64,000 nt of DNA from the human T2T-CHM13v2.0 reference genome, Homo sapiens, in the NCBI RefSeq assembly GCF_009914755.1, contig NC_060927.1; one strand, written 5' to 3'. The position numbers and the translations under genes were made by a program. The notes under the pieces were generated by a model, which was not told the origin of the DNA, did no database searches, and worked only from the letters and a program-made list of their open reading frames with translations. Position 1 is the stretch's first letter. Every line of letters begins with the position of its first letter. Shown here piece after piece: positions 34,406-49,785 of the stretch.

Positions 34406-36568
34406 CAGCTAGAAAGGGACACTATTAGGTTGTGTTGTAGAAAGATAACTTGGAAAAATATGAAAGTTGGTGAGTTTGGGGTATAAGCTGATATGAAGGA
34501 GATAGTAGAGAAGCGAGGAGGTAAGGGAGTTCTGGATCCTTCAAGAAATACCCTATGGCTCATAATGTGATTCTGCCCTAATTCCATATATATATATTTT
34601 ACAATAAAGCTACAAATATGCATAGATATATAAATAACTGGTAATGCATTTAATTTAAAAAATACCATATGTTTGATACATCATAAAAAACAGTGTTAAA
34701 TATTTACATCTTTATGGAGTCTGTCCTAGTTTTCACAAATAGGTGTAAAGGAGTTCAGTTCTCTGTGTCTGAAAGTGGAACTTCCAAGGAGCCACCACTT
34801 CACCTCAGAAAACTTAAATTCCACTTTTTTTTGGCTTAGACCAGGTGTTTAAACTTGTTAAGGAATAGATTGAAAACAGAAAATTTGTGCAAAGTTTCGC
34901 TAATGGGCCTGTTCAGAAAGTTCATCTGCCCCTCTGATAACCAGAAGGTTCTAATAAACTACATTTTGCTATTTCTTTCTGAAGTGGGTAAAATAATATG
35001 TTCTTTTGAAGGTAAATAGTTGGTTAGATTTTGCAGCCCTTGGACAGATCGCTTACCTCCAACAATTAAAGTTAATATGGTCAGGGTGAGAGAACACTGA
35101 CCTGGGAATCAGAGCCCTGGCTTTGTGTAGGGACCCATTCTTTCCTTCACTGTCCTTCATAGCTTAGGCATCTTGGGGAAATGGGTAGTCCTAGCCACTT
35201 CTCCCAGGGATCTGGGAGGATCATCAAAGCAGAGTTTATATTTATTTATTTATTTTTAAACTTAGAGAAGGCTTTCTTGGGTATTGCCACTTAATAGCCA
35301 CAATAGAAGGTAGCAGCTGGGGAGAAGTTGGGGGTCCCTAGGGTATGATTACTCTGTAGCTTCTTCAACTAAATATTTTTGGGGTGATGAGACATGATTT
35401 AGAGATGTGGAAATTTTAGGTTATACTTAGGGCTGTGGGGTCATATGTGTTCAAGAGGAACCTTAGATTTGTCCCCTGAAATCAGAATGTATGTTACCTC
35501 TGATGGACTTTTCCCTAATTTGGATTAAGTTTTTTGGGAAAGATCATGCCCCTCTTCCATTCCATTGAATTAAAAGTAAAAGTAAACTTAAACTAAGTGT
35601 AAAGAAGCACAACAAAGTTCTGCTTTTCTGCATGACAGCAGTCTTGCTTCCTCTTAAACATCTGAGTCGCCAATTAAAATACAATGCAACTCTTTTGATA
35701 TTCTTGTTTTGCTGTTGTTTTTAGCATGTTGATGTTGTTGACTTCCTGAAGTCCCCATTCACAGACATTTACAGGGTGTGTAGTGTGTGCCAGGCACAGT
35801 ACAGGGGCTAGGAACATAGGAGGTAAGACTCATTTCCGGCTCTCTGAGCTGACAGTCTAGAAGAATTTGAAGGTGATAACTTCTGAATACTCAGATTTCA
35901 CAGAAGATCCCCACATGGTACCATGGTCTTGCAGCCAAAGGGAAGGGAAGGCACTTTTGGTTGTGTTAGTTGTCAGGAATAGGGAGAAAGTGATGATGAT
36001 GATGGTGATGGCAGATATTGTTTGTGGAGTCCCCTAGTACCTACCAGATCCTGTACTAGGGTGCCTTAAAACTTTATCTTGTTTAATCCACTTAACAGTC
36101 TTGTGGGGTAGATAATATCTATGGTTTACAAGAAGAATGAACTTAGAAACAAATTTTCTAGGGTTACATAGCTAGTAAATGCCAGAGTGGGGTTTTTTTT
36201 TTTCTTGTATTTTATTTATGCCAGGTAAGATTTGAATTAACTTTAAATGAGCATGTTTTCTGTGGAAAGGAGACAGATAATATCTTGTATGAGCTGAATC
36301 TGCACACATAAACACAAGATTTATGCCCTGGTTACTTAAAATTGTTATATATACAATATTATAATAAAGAAAAATTTAAGAATAAAGTTCACTCACTCTA
36401 TTTCCATTTGTTTAGGTTTCTTTCTCATTTTTGTCTATGAGCATAATATAAAGTCTTTACAGTGAAGATGAATTTTGTGTTTTTAGCATTAACATAGCAT
36501 AAACATTTTCTGTTCCTACATAGTCTAAATAACTATGATTTAAATAATATTCTATTGGGTTGAATACT

Positions 36569-37417
36569 ATTTTTTTTTTTTTTTCTGAGATGGAGTCTTG
36601 CTCTGTTGCTCAGGCTAGAGTGCAGTGGTGCAATCTCGGCTCACTGCAACCTCCTCCTCCTGGGTTTAAGCAATTCCCTGCCTCATCCTCCTGAGTAGCT
36701 GGGATTACAGGTGCGTGCCACCACACCCGGCTAATTTTTGTATTTTGAGTAGAGACAGGGTTTCACCATCTTGGCCAGGCTGGTCTTGAACTCCTGACCT
36801 CGTGATCCACCTGCCTCGGCCTTCCAAAGTACTGGATTATAGGTGTGAGCCACCATGCCTGGCCGGGTTGAATACCTTTTTTTATTAAACATTTAGATTC
36901 CAACTTAAAAAAATATAAATATTGAAGCATTCACATTTTCATAATATATAGAATCTTTCTTTGAATTATATCCTTTAAATTAATGCCTGTACTTACTAAT
37001 TAAACTTCTTTAATATTACATTTTGTCAAATGAACCTCACTTCTATTGCTACCTAGTAATGTTTGGTTTGGTTCTTTATTTTGGTATTTCTGACTCTTAC
37101 AATTTAGAATCTTTTATTAAAACATTGAAACCAGGCGTGGTGATTCACGCCTTTAATCCCAGCATTTTGAGATGCTGAGGTGGGGGGATTGCTTGAGGCA
37201 AGGTATTTGAGACTGGCCTGAGCCACATAGTGAGATCCTGTTTTTACAAAAGATAAAAAAAATTAGCCAAGCCTGGCAGTCCTAGCTTCTCAGGAGGGTG
37301 AGGTGGGAGGATAGCTAGAGCTTGGGAGTTTGATGTTGTAGTAAGCTATGATCACACCAGTGGACTCAAGTCTTGGCAACAGAGTGACACCCTGCCTCAA
37401 AAAAAAAAAAAAAAAAG
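36569..37417. mobile_element. Antisense AluS 36569-36864 and sense AluJ 37130-37417
   Basis: TSD gggttgaatac for the first; (TTTA)n follows at 37442-37485. Confidence 0.88.
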
Positions 37418-37450
37418 CTTAGATTGCATTTTAGCTGTATCTTATTTATT

Positions 37451-37488
<38 letters not shown>

Positions 37489-38701
37489 TACAAACTGCCC
37501 TACCTTTGGGAATTTAAGAGCAGAGCTGTACACAAACATATACTAGGTTTTTGATTGAAAACATACAAGGTAATAACAGAATCTAGATCCTTTGGTTCTC
37601 AGGTGGGTGCTCCATTAAGTAAAATAACTTTCTTCTGTCTATAGAGCCTATGTTTCTGTGTGTGTTCATGGGCCTGTTCATGTGTAGGTTTGTGTGCATG
37701 TGAGTGGAATAGCTAGCTCTTTGTCACCATAGTTCCAAGCATAAATATACAAACATGATCTGGGATGCTGGCATCCCTGTGAAAGTGATGCTGAAATGTC
37801 CATATACATATTGTGACAAGACATTTCCCTGAGCCTTCGTTTAACCTTTACCAGAGATGAACCAAGCAAAGAGGGGACGACTTGATAGGTAACAGGCTAG
37901 AGGAGCTCATCTTCCTTACTGAGAATTCTCCACAGCTGAGGACAATATGACTACTCACATTATAGGGCTTCCACCTCGGATCTACTAGGCAATAACTCAA
38001 CACTTTAAGAGAGGGAGAGGGAGAGAGCAAGAGGGAGATTTTGTTTTTAAATAATAGCTAACATTTATTGACTACCTATTATATGCCAAGCCTCTTGTTC
38101 TCGTTTATCTCCTGTATAAACTATGTGAGATACATGCTATTATCTTCATGCTATAAATGAGAAAACTAAGGCTTAGAGAGTTTATGACTTGCCCAAAGTA
38201 ACATTAAGTTTTGGAGCTAGTCTTGAACCTAAGTTTGTCAACTCTAAAACCATACTTCCATATTATGATGTTGCAAAAAAAAACCCCAAGAAACCAAACA
38301 ACCATTCCAGCCTATTGTTGTGAAATCAGGAACCAGGTACCTGACACATCGTAATTACCAATCCTTGCCTTTTTAAGAGTTTCTAAGAAATTTTCTTTCT
38401 GAGAAATTCCTTCTGAGAATTGAGTATCTTGCACATTTGTCTATTTTAACTGTAAAGCTTTATGAAATGGCTCAGTCTTCATACATCAGTCACTGATACA
38501 TAAGTATTCATAACTTGATGGAAAGGCCTGCTATTGGTGGTTGAGGACAGATGGACGGCCCTGTCAGAGGAGAAAGTTGTAAATGTCACACCCTTGGTAT
38601 TTCATCATCACCTTGGATTTCTGGCTTTTCCAGTGAGTGCTGCCATAGTGTGGGATATTATTTTCCTCACTTCTTGTTCTTTGTTTTTGTTTTCTCCTCA
38701 G

Positions 38702-38823
38702 ATCTAGATACTGATGACGATTTAAATAGCGACGATTATGAATATGAAGATGAAGCCAAACTTGTTATATTCCCAGATCACTATGAAATAGCACTACCAA
38801 ATATTGAGGAGTTACCAGCCCTG
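38702..38823 (+). CDS. USP13: USP13 coding exon 4 (122 nt), (D)[40 protein letters not shown]
   Basis: Long pyrimidine tract + cag, CTG|gtcagt donor, phase 1/0; peptide visible in ORF 38551..38934. Confidence 0.97.
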
Positions 38824-39522
38824 GTCAGTGAGTGTGCACGGCTGCTAGCTAGATGCGCATGGCTCTGTGTCAGGTGTGTGTGCGTGTGCGATGTGTGTGT
38901 GCGGGGGTGGGGTGGGGTGGGAAAAGCCGGTTGAATGAGAGAAGAGGATGAAAATGAGCATGAACACGCACATACCTCTTCTCTTCTGTGACAGGAGTCT
39001 TGCCGGCTTACATTTCAGTAGTGCTGGGCCTTTTGCTGTCTCTTACTTCAAGTGCTGTTAGGGCTTTGTTGCTCATTAGCCGGTCTCTTCCAGGTTGGGC
39101 TGGCTTCTTGCCTCCTAAATCACAATCTGTTCCTTAGATTTTCAAACTCTGCACCCCAGATCTACAGGGACTGCTGGAGAGGGACTCTTTTCTGATCAGA
39201 AGGATAACAGTCTTTTTATCATGTTTATTATGTTGGCCTTCCATGTAACATTTTGTTTGGAAAAAAATAGAAGTGCTCCACTGCTGAAACAATAGCGACG
39301 CAGTTACAAAAAGAACAAAGCATTTACAAACTACAGATCTGCGGGAGCTCTGGGATTAAGTGAACCTTCTTTTCAGTTTTACTCCCTATGTGAACTAAGA
39401 CTACTTCCTAGGTTTTAGATATTTTTAGCTGTGAGCTTCCCCCTTCCTCTTCCCTTCTGTTTTCTTCCTTTTCCTTTCTTTCGAATCCAGTTTTGTGGAC
39501 GGACCGTAATTTTCTTGAATGA

Positions 39523-40012
<490 letters not shown>

Positions 40013-41250
40013 TGGTCTCCCATTTCTTTTCCTCTTTCCATTCTGTGCACACCTTGCCTTCCCAGAGCCTGGCCACAGATGGCAGTGGGGCCAGGGTGGG
40101 TTGAGTTTAGACATGCCTGTTCATTTTTTCCCTCCTCAAACCATGCCAGAACCAAAGCCAGCTCTTTAGGTCCCAGAGTCTTCTGGACGTTGCATGACTC
40201 TCTCTGTAGCCATCTGCTCACTTGTCCCTGCCAAGAGGGGACATTTGTGCTTGGGGTTTCCATGTCACTAGGGACTCGGTTTCCACCATTCATTCCCTTT
40301 TGCCCCAATCTACTTTATATCTAAGATCACAGAAATCAGAATTTTGTGTGTATTTATTTATTGTGCCTCTTCTTTTAGTACTAAGTGCACAGTGTTCAGT
40401 AGGGCATACAGAATTAAATTACCTTTGCTTTCTCCAATTCCATGTTGACTCATGTGGCTGTTACCAAGGATAAAATATATTAGTGGACAAAATGGCCTTA
40501 CCTCATCCCATTACCTGAAATTATATACCAATGCTTATATTTCTGTAATACTGAGAGTTCTTACTGCCTTGTTTAATATAACTCTTATTTCTGCTGTCAG
40601 AAGAGAAGAAACATTGTGAATAAATGTTATGATAAATTATTTTCCTTTCAGCCCCTCATGAATAAGTCTTTATGTTAAAAAAATTAATAAAAAAGCCTTT
40701 TCTTATTGTTGTACTTGGAGTATAATTTGAAATGTGAATAGTCTTATTTAAAATAAGAGAAGTGCCATAGAAATCTGAATCCAGCAAGATATATCATCAT
40801 TTTTACTATAGAGTCTTTTAGTATTAAGAAATACTTTAAGAATGAAAAAAGAAGAGAGAATTATTTGGAAGATGAGGGTGGGGAGATAAAAGGAAAAGCC
40901 TGGACTTATCTGATGGTAATGGATAGGATTTATCTACATAGAAGATGCTAGTTACTATATTTTCTTTTCATGCTTTTGCTATATTTTTGGTGTTCGACAA
41001 TTCTCTTTTTAAACTGTTAAATAGCAAAAATTATTGAGCTCAAACCATCTAACCAGGTGATTCTTCCTTCATCTTCTGAGTGTTTTAGCACAGAAGAATT
41101 TCATTTTCAGAGAGTGACTCTATAGGTTCTACCAGAAAGTTAAAGCACCTCTGGGTGATGCTGGGTTCACAGAGACATAGCACTGTGAGCTCGGCAGGGG
41201 TCTTAGAGCTTGAAATCCAATGCCTTCATTTTTGACATCAGGAATTGGAG

Positions 41251-41682
41251 CAGTGGTGTGCTTGTAAATGTTTAACAACAGGCTCCCTAGGGAAAAAAAG
41301 CTCTGTTTTGTAGTGTCTGCTGATTCCATGGTGTAAATACTCCCACCATGACTGATTTCAGGTTATCAATATGACGTCACTGAATGCGGTGTTGGAAAGA
41401 GATTGGTAGTAGCAGACCATTGTACAGAATTTCCAGCATTCCGCTGACATGCATGTAAATAAAACCTCAAGAACACATAGATAATAATGAGATACAGTAA
41501 AACAATTAGGAAGTGAAGAATTTTTGATTATATGTCACCTTTTGAAAACATTTTATTTAGTCGTAAGTTTTTATGATTTAACGTTTTATAATGGCTGTGT
41601 TTAGCAACCATCTTGCTGAATTTCTTAAAATTTAAAGCTGGACTCTTATGAGCCAGTTTGAGCCAGTTCCAGTGCAGAACTG
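41251..41682. mobile_element. MER63-like hAT-Blackjack element inserted in a MIR
   Basis: cagtggtgtgct...ccagtgcagaactg ends; 8-bp TSD aattggag/aactggag. Confidence 0.78.
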
Positions 41683-43009
41683 AACTGGAGGCTTACAAAG
41701 GCATGGGATGGAGCCAGGACTAGTACCAAGGTCTTTTCGCATCACTTGAGATAACATATCCAGGGAAAAATAGTTCACAGTGTGATTACAGGATGATGGA
41801 TCCTGACCTTCAGCTGTCACCCATAAAAAGGGCCTTTAAGTGATTTTGGATGATATTCTGAAAACACTGGATCAGTGTTTGATAGGCCCAGAAGTCTAAG
41901 GATGTTTTGTTGGTTGTCACCCACAAAGATATTCAAGGACAAAGGAGAAGATTCTATTTGAGTCTTGTTCAGAATCACAGTGCACTGCAAACCAGAACGT
42001 TTAGAAAAGATCTAGTAGGGGTGGAGACAGTCCTAAGGAGGACACAGACATGATTTGGGTAGTTGATGAAACAAACAAGGAGGTTATAATAGGTCACACT
42101 CAAAAGATTAGGAGGCTACACAACAGCCTCCTTACTGTGGTCTTTCCTTCACGCCTGCCCTCTTCCCTGCACAGCAGCCAGTGTGATCTTCTGTGAAAAT
42201 TAGATCCTATCCTTCTTCAGCTTAAAACTCTCAACGCTACTGACCGATGACACTGGGCTACTCACAGTCAGGAACAAGGAAGAAGTCCTGGCCAGAAGTG
42301 CTAAGGTGGCATGTCCCAAACCCATAAAGCCTGGAAGGGGCTTGTGGTGAACTCAGCTCTATTTTCTATGGGCATTTCTGGAAGGTGATGGGGGATGAGT
42401 TTTCAAAATGGAAAGAAAAAGCTAATTATACAACAGCATTTGTAGTGGGAGATAAATGGGCTTTTGAAAGGCTTAACTATATTTATTAAGTCCCGATCTG
42501 TAATGGATTATAAGCTTGTTGAGGCCGGGGACCTCCTCCTTGTTCCTGACTGTGAGTAGCTCAATGTCATCAATCAGTAGTGGTCAGTATAACCTTGGAG
42601 AGTTTTAAGCTGGAGAAGGATAGGATCTAATTTTCATAGCAGATCACTCTGGCAGATCACTCCGGCTGCTATGCAGAGAAGAGGGGCAGGGCTAGAGGGA
42701 AGGCCACGATAAGGAGGTTGTTGTGAAGCTATCAGGGAACCATGATGGTGGCTAGGACCAGGAGAGGTGGGGTTGGAGTGGACATGAGGCCCATCGCAGG
42801 GCTGCTAGAATTGCCTGTGGGCTAGGTGGGGGTGAAATGGCAGCTGAGGGAATTTCCTCCATTGTTTCTTGTTCCTTCCTTGGTTCTAGGGTCAGAAGCC
42901 AGGACCCAGACACATGGGAAACTGCTACTCAGGGGAAAATGATCAGCTCACTGTGCAGGATATGAGTGATGTAGATTACAAATTTTGTTATTTATTTATT
43001 TATTTATTT

Positions 43010-43910
<901 letters not shown>

Positions 43911-44622
43911 AAGTTTTTAAAAGATAGCTAGAAATAGCTTATAGCATTAAGCCAATAGCACATTGGCTAATAGGCATATGGCCAGAATCAATTGGGTAGG
44001 GAGAGGGCAGAGAGTCTGTTTTCCTCCTCCCCTGTGGTCAGTTGGTGCCGAGCAGTTCATCACAGATTTGCTCATGATGTGGACTAATCTGGCACAGAGA
44101 CACCCAGGCATGTCCCTGTCCAGGGTCACATTTGCACCAGATTAAGAAATGGAGCCATGCTGCTTACATTCCATTCAAGTGCCCTTGACCACATGCCATT
44201 GTGTGATGAGTTGAGGATATTGGATATCTGAGTGTACATTTGTTATGAGGAAAACACACCACTTGGGTAAATCCTGGGCATTCCTGTATCTAATTTCACC
44301 CTTGCAAATTTTTCACCTCCTACTTTTCACCCTGCTTGCTAAGTGGTAGGAATTGTTAAATCTGACCTCTAAGCTTGGGCTTAGAAAATGAATTTAGTTT
44401 CTTGCTATCTGTGACATTGTCAATACTACAAACACTAGGCCAGGGACAAAACCTAGCTTGATCCAGGGAAAGTGCAGGAAAACAGGATCCCTCTCTTGCG
44501 ACAACTACGCTGTTTGCGTTTCTTCAGTTTTTAAATTCATATTCTAGTGAATTTGCTATTCACTAGCAAATCGTTATTTTCTCAAACTGTTTTTATATAT
44601 TACATCTGGGTTTGTCTTATAG

Positions 44623-44765
44623 GTAACAATTGCTTGTGATGCAGTTCTCAGCTCAAAATCTCCATACAGAAAGCAGGACCCAGACACGTGGGAAAATGAA
44701 TTGCCAGTATCTAAATATGCCAACAACCTCACCCAGCTGGACAATGGAGTCAGGATTCCTCCAAG
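44623..44765 (+). CDS. USP13: USP13 coding exon 5 (143 nt), [47 protein letters not shown]
   Basis: cttatag acceptor, AAG|gtgaga donor, phase 0/2. Confidence 0.96.
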
Positions 44766-44922
44766 GTGAGAGTCAGATAGCAGAATGGAACTTTACTCCC
44801 TAAAACTGTCCAAAGGAATATTTGTTTTCTACTTCTTTTTTGAATAGGAAGTTATATTTTTTCTTACCAGATGCCTTTTATTAAAAGTAAATATAAAACT
44901 TCTCTAAAATTGTCTGTAGCTT

Positions 44923-45349
44923 TGTAGTAGATGCTGAATGTGCCCAGTCCATACCCCTAAGCCCTTCCCTGCCCTGAAGCTGCCAGTTGCAAGCATGAGA
45001 GCTTTTTCTGCTTGCTGAAGCCAGTTATGCCGGTGCACGGGACAGTCAGAAACATCAGAGTGAAGCTCCCTCCCTCCTCCTGGAGGAGCCCTAAACCGGT
45101 GACTGTGGCATGGGTGGATTAATACCCCAGTTTTCTGCCCCTGCAGGTGGGATATCTGTCTCTTGCAATTCCCCATGTGGCCTGAGCCCCAGTCGCCCAC
45201 AGTGTACATTTGCTCACTGACATATCCTGTACCAGCTTCCTACCCTTTCTTGTCTTTCTTCCCCACTTCCCTGGGATCACCTCCCGGACAAGCCATTTAC
45301 CTTCACTTTTTTGTCTCAGAGTCTTGTTTTAGGGCAGTCCAACTTACAA
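44923..45349 (+). mobile_element. LTR16-like (ERVL) solo LTR
   Basis: tgtagtagatgctg...aataccccag...gagccccagtcgcccacag...gtctcagagtcttgttttaggg. Confidence 0.6.
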
Positions 45350-45981
45350 GTCTTTGGTTGTCACATTTTGGCTGGAATACTCTTTGGGCTCCATTCATAT
45401 CTCCTCTTATTAGGTGCTGGTGTGTTTACAGAGGCAGGTGTTGGCGGATAGGCAGATGGATTAGGAATGTGTCTGATTTGGTTGAATCCTGACAGTTGCA
45501 TGGCATTCACCTTCTGTGTGGTCTTTGGAAACGAGAGTTACTTCTGGACCTCCATTTCTCCGTTTGTAAAAATAGAGATGGTAATACTGATGCTGAAAGG
45601 TGTTTATTAGAATTAAATGAGACTTCTGTAAGGTACTTGGCATATAGTTGACGTTTAGCATTTAGTCAAGTTGGTCTCCTTTCTAATTAATTTAGATTTG
45701 CAGTGTAGTCGGATTTGTATAAACTAGCTTTACTGTATGTGATTAATGCTTTAGAACTTTAGTCATTTATACACACAGGATCCTTAATATTTTAAACTTG
45801 TTCAAGCTCCATTGTCCCTCATAGAGGAGTTTTAAGGAAATGAGCTCCTCTCCTAGCCTGAAGTTTTGTGTCAGTTTTCGAAAGTAAAAAAGCCACTTGG
45901 AGATGCTGGGAGGGGCTAGTCCACATCTGGGAGGCAGGCAGGGTGCTGAGTGATCCTGCTACTCTGGGAGAGGAACAATAA

Positions 45982-46280
45982 TTTTTTTTTTTTTTTGAGA
46001 CAGAGTCTTGCTCTGTCACCCAGGCTGGAGTGCAGTGGCACAATCTCGGCCCACTGCAACCTCCGCCTCTCGGGTTCAAGCAGTTCTCCCTGCCTTAGCC
46101 TCCCGAGTAGCTGGGATTACAGGTGCCCACCACCACACCTGGCTAATCATTGTATTTTTAATAGAGACGGGGGTTTCGCCATGTTGGCCAGGCTGGTCTT
46201 GAACTCCTGACCTCAGTTGATGTGCCCGCCTCGGCCTCCCAAAGTGCTGGGGTTACAGGCGTGAACCACCACGCCCGGCC
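45982..46280 (-). mobile_element. AluS
   Basis: Antisense dimer 157 bp upstream of exon 6. Confidence 0.92.
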
Positions 46281-46437
46281 AACAATGTCTTGAGGGGAGA
46301 AAATGGGGAAGCATCAGTCTCTGTTATTCCACTGAGCCTTTGTTGTGACCTGCCTACTTGAAACCCTCTGTCTTCTTAGATGTTAAGTTTTAAAATTATG
46401 CCCTGGCTGTTCTGACTACTCTCCAATGGCTTTCCAG

Positions 46438-46622
46438 TGGTTGGAAGTGTGCCAGATGCGACCTGCGAGAAAACCTCTGGTTGAATCTGACTGACGGCTC
46501 TGTCCTGTGTGGAAAGTGGTTCTTTGACAGCTCTGGGGGCAACGGGCATGCGCTGGAGCATTACAGAGACATGGGCTACCCACTAGCCGTGAAACTGGGA
46601 ACCATCACTCCTGACGGGGCAG
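46438..46622 (+). CDS. USP13: USP13 coding exon 6 (185 nt), ZnF-UBP core [61 protein letters not shown]
   Basis: tttccag acceptor, CAG|gtgagt donor, phase 2/1; C-x2-C...C...H zinc ligands of ZnF-UBP. Confidence 0.98.
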
Positions 46623-48298
46623 GTGAGTGCGCCTTTACCGACTTTGGGAACATGCAGTGGCTTCCTCTTAGATTTAACCAATCCCTGAATCCAGGTGGTT
46701 GGAAGGTGCAGGCTCTGGATGCAGACAGCCCAGGTTTGAATTCTAATTCTGCCTCTTATTAGTTTTGAGGTCTTGGGCAAGTTTTCTAATCTCCCTAAGC
46801 TTTAGAATCCTCATCTTGAGGATAACGATGATGATACCTCTTTCCTGTGTTTGTTAGTGTGCATAAAGCATTTAGCTCAGTGCACGCTGTAAGGTCCTAA
46901 TACAAGTTGCTGCTGTTGTTATTATCCTTCTGTGTATCTCTTGGCTAAGGAGGACAGAGCAGGAAACAGGATTTGTGAAGTGAGTGTGCATAATCAAGTC
47001 TACTGTTAGAACAGCAGGAGGAAGCCCTGGAATCCATTACAGGGATTAAGTATCATTTTAGGAACAAATGGATTAATTATGGAGAATATGAGTTTTAAAG
47101 GATACTGTGCATTAAAAGAGTCCCTGAAATCACCTGGCAGTGATGGTGTTCACATTCTCCGGGGGATTAGAATTGTTTCCTTCTTGCACTGTCAGCTTCA
47201 GAGTTGGTTCTGTTTCTTTTTGTCCTCACATGGTGTGCTTTGAAACATTAGCTTTTGGCCATGTTTGTACAGTTAATACCTTCTACCATTTTGCGAGGGA
47301 AAAAGGCAATAATATCAGGATCAGTAATGAGAAACTTAAATATTGAGCAGTGGCTATGAGAACCCATCATCTAATCATCATTGGAAACATTTGTTAAACA
47401 CAGATCTGGACTGATACCCAGCTGGTCTTCTCCATTTTCCCAGGCTTTATTTAGTCTCTGTTTCTTCTTTGCTGTGAGGTAAGATGTTTTTAGGGGAAAT
47501 ATAAAAACATGTCTTCTCTCTTTTCTCTTTTTTCTCTGTTATTTTTCGATGATGGAATTAGCCTGCTTCAGAGTTAATTGCCCAAGATCTTTTCATTAAA
47601 TAAGGGGACATGGCTCACCAATCATTGTTTTTTCATTGAACCGGTGTAGTTTTTCATTTGATACATAACTGAGGACTGGCAGTTAGGTCGTGTCAGGATT
47701 CTTTGGTTTCACATTTTAGAGAATTTTCCTGCTTTCAAGTTTTGTGGAATTATTTTAACTCATTAAAGACAAGTAGCTGAGAAATCCTAGCTATTGGTAC
47801 CAAAGATTTTCCCCCAAAGTGAATAAAGATACACAAGCCCAGGTCTTATCCTAAATCTTCCAGGATTGAAAGGAAATTCAAGACAAGCGTTTGGATTCAG
47901 GGTTACAGCGCGGTGTTTACAGGTGATTGTTATTCAATGAGTGGGTGTTGAATGACTTTTCTCTAAGCCCTTCTCCTTGTCCTTTTAGGGGATTGTAGAA
48001 AGATTTGCAATGTAGGAATTCTGTCGGATAAAGTTGCAAGGGGACAATAATTCAGATTTTCCGACTTTCTATGCTGTCTTGTGTAGTTGCCTTTATATGA
48101 CCAGTTATTGGAAATTCAGTTCTCAGAACAGCCTGTTCAACACTATAACTGTTCGTATATGCAGCTTAGTTCTTCTGACTTTTTAGGATGAAAGCAAGTC
48201 TATGTCTTACTCATCTTTGGGTTCTATACAAAATCTTACATGTCTTAGGCACAAATACTTTTGTTAATTGAACCAACTGGTATATAAGCATTTAAATA

Positions 48299-49785
<1,487 letters not shown>

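Noticed and set aside
40685-40690. Intronic AATAAA as a possible polyadenylation signal
   Set aside because: Frequent in AT-rich introns; no supporting context.
43926-43938. agctagaaatagc resembles the Cas9 sgRNA scaffold
   Set aside because: Only 13 nt match and the flanks do not continue; chance.
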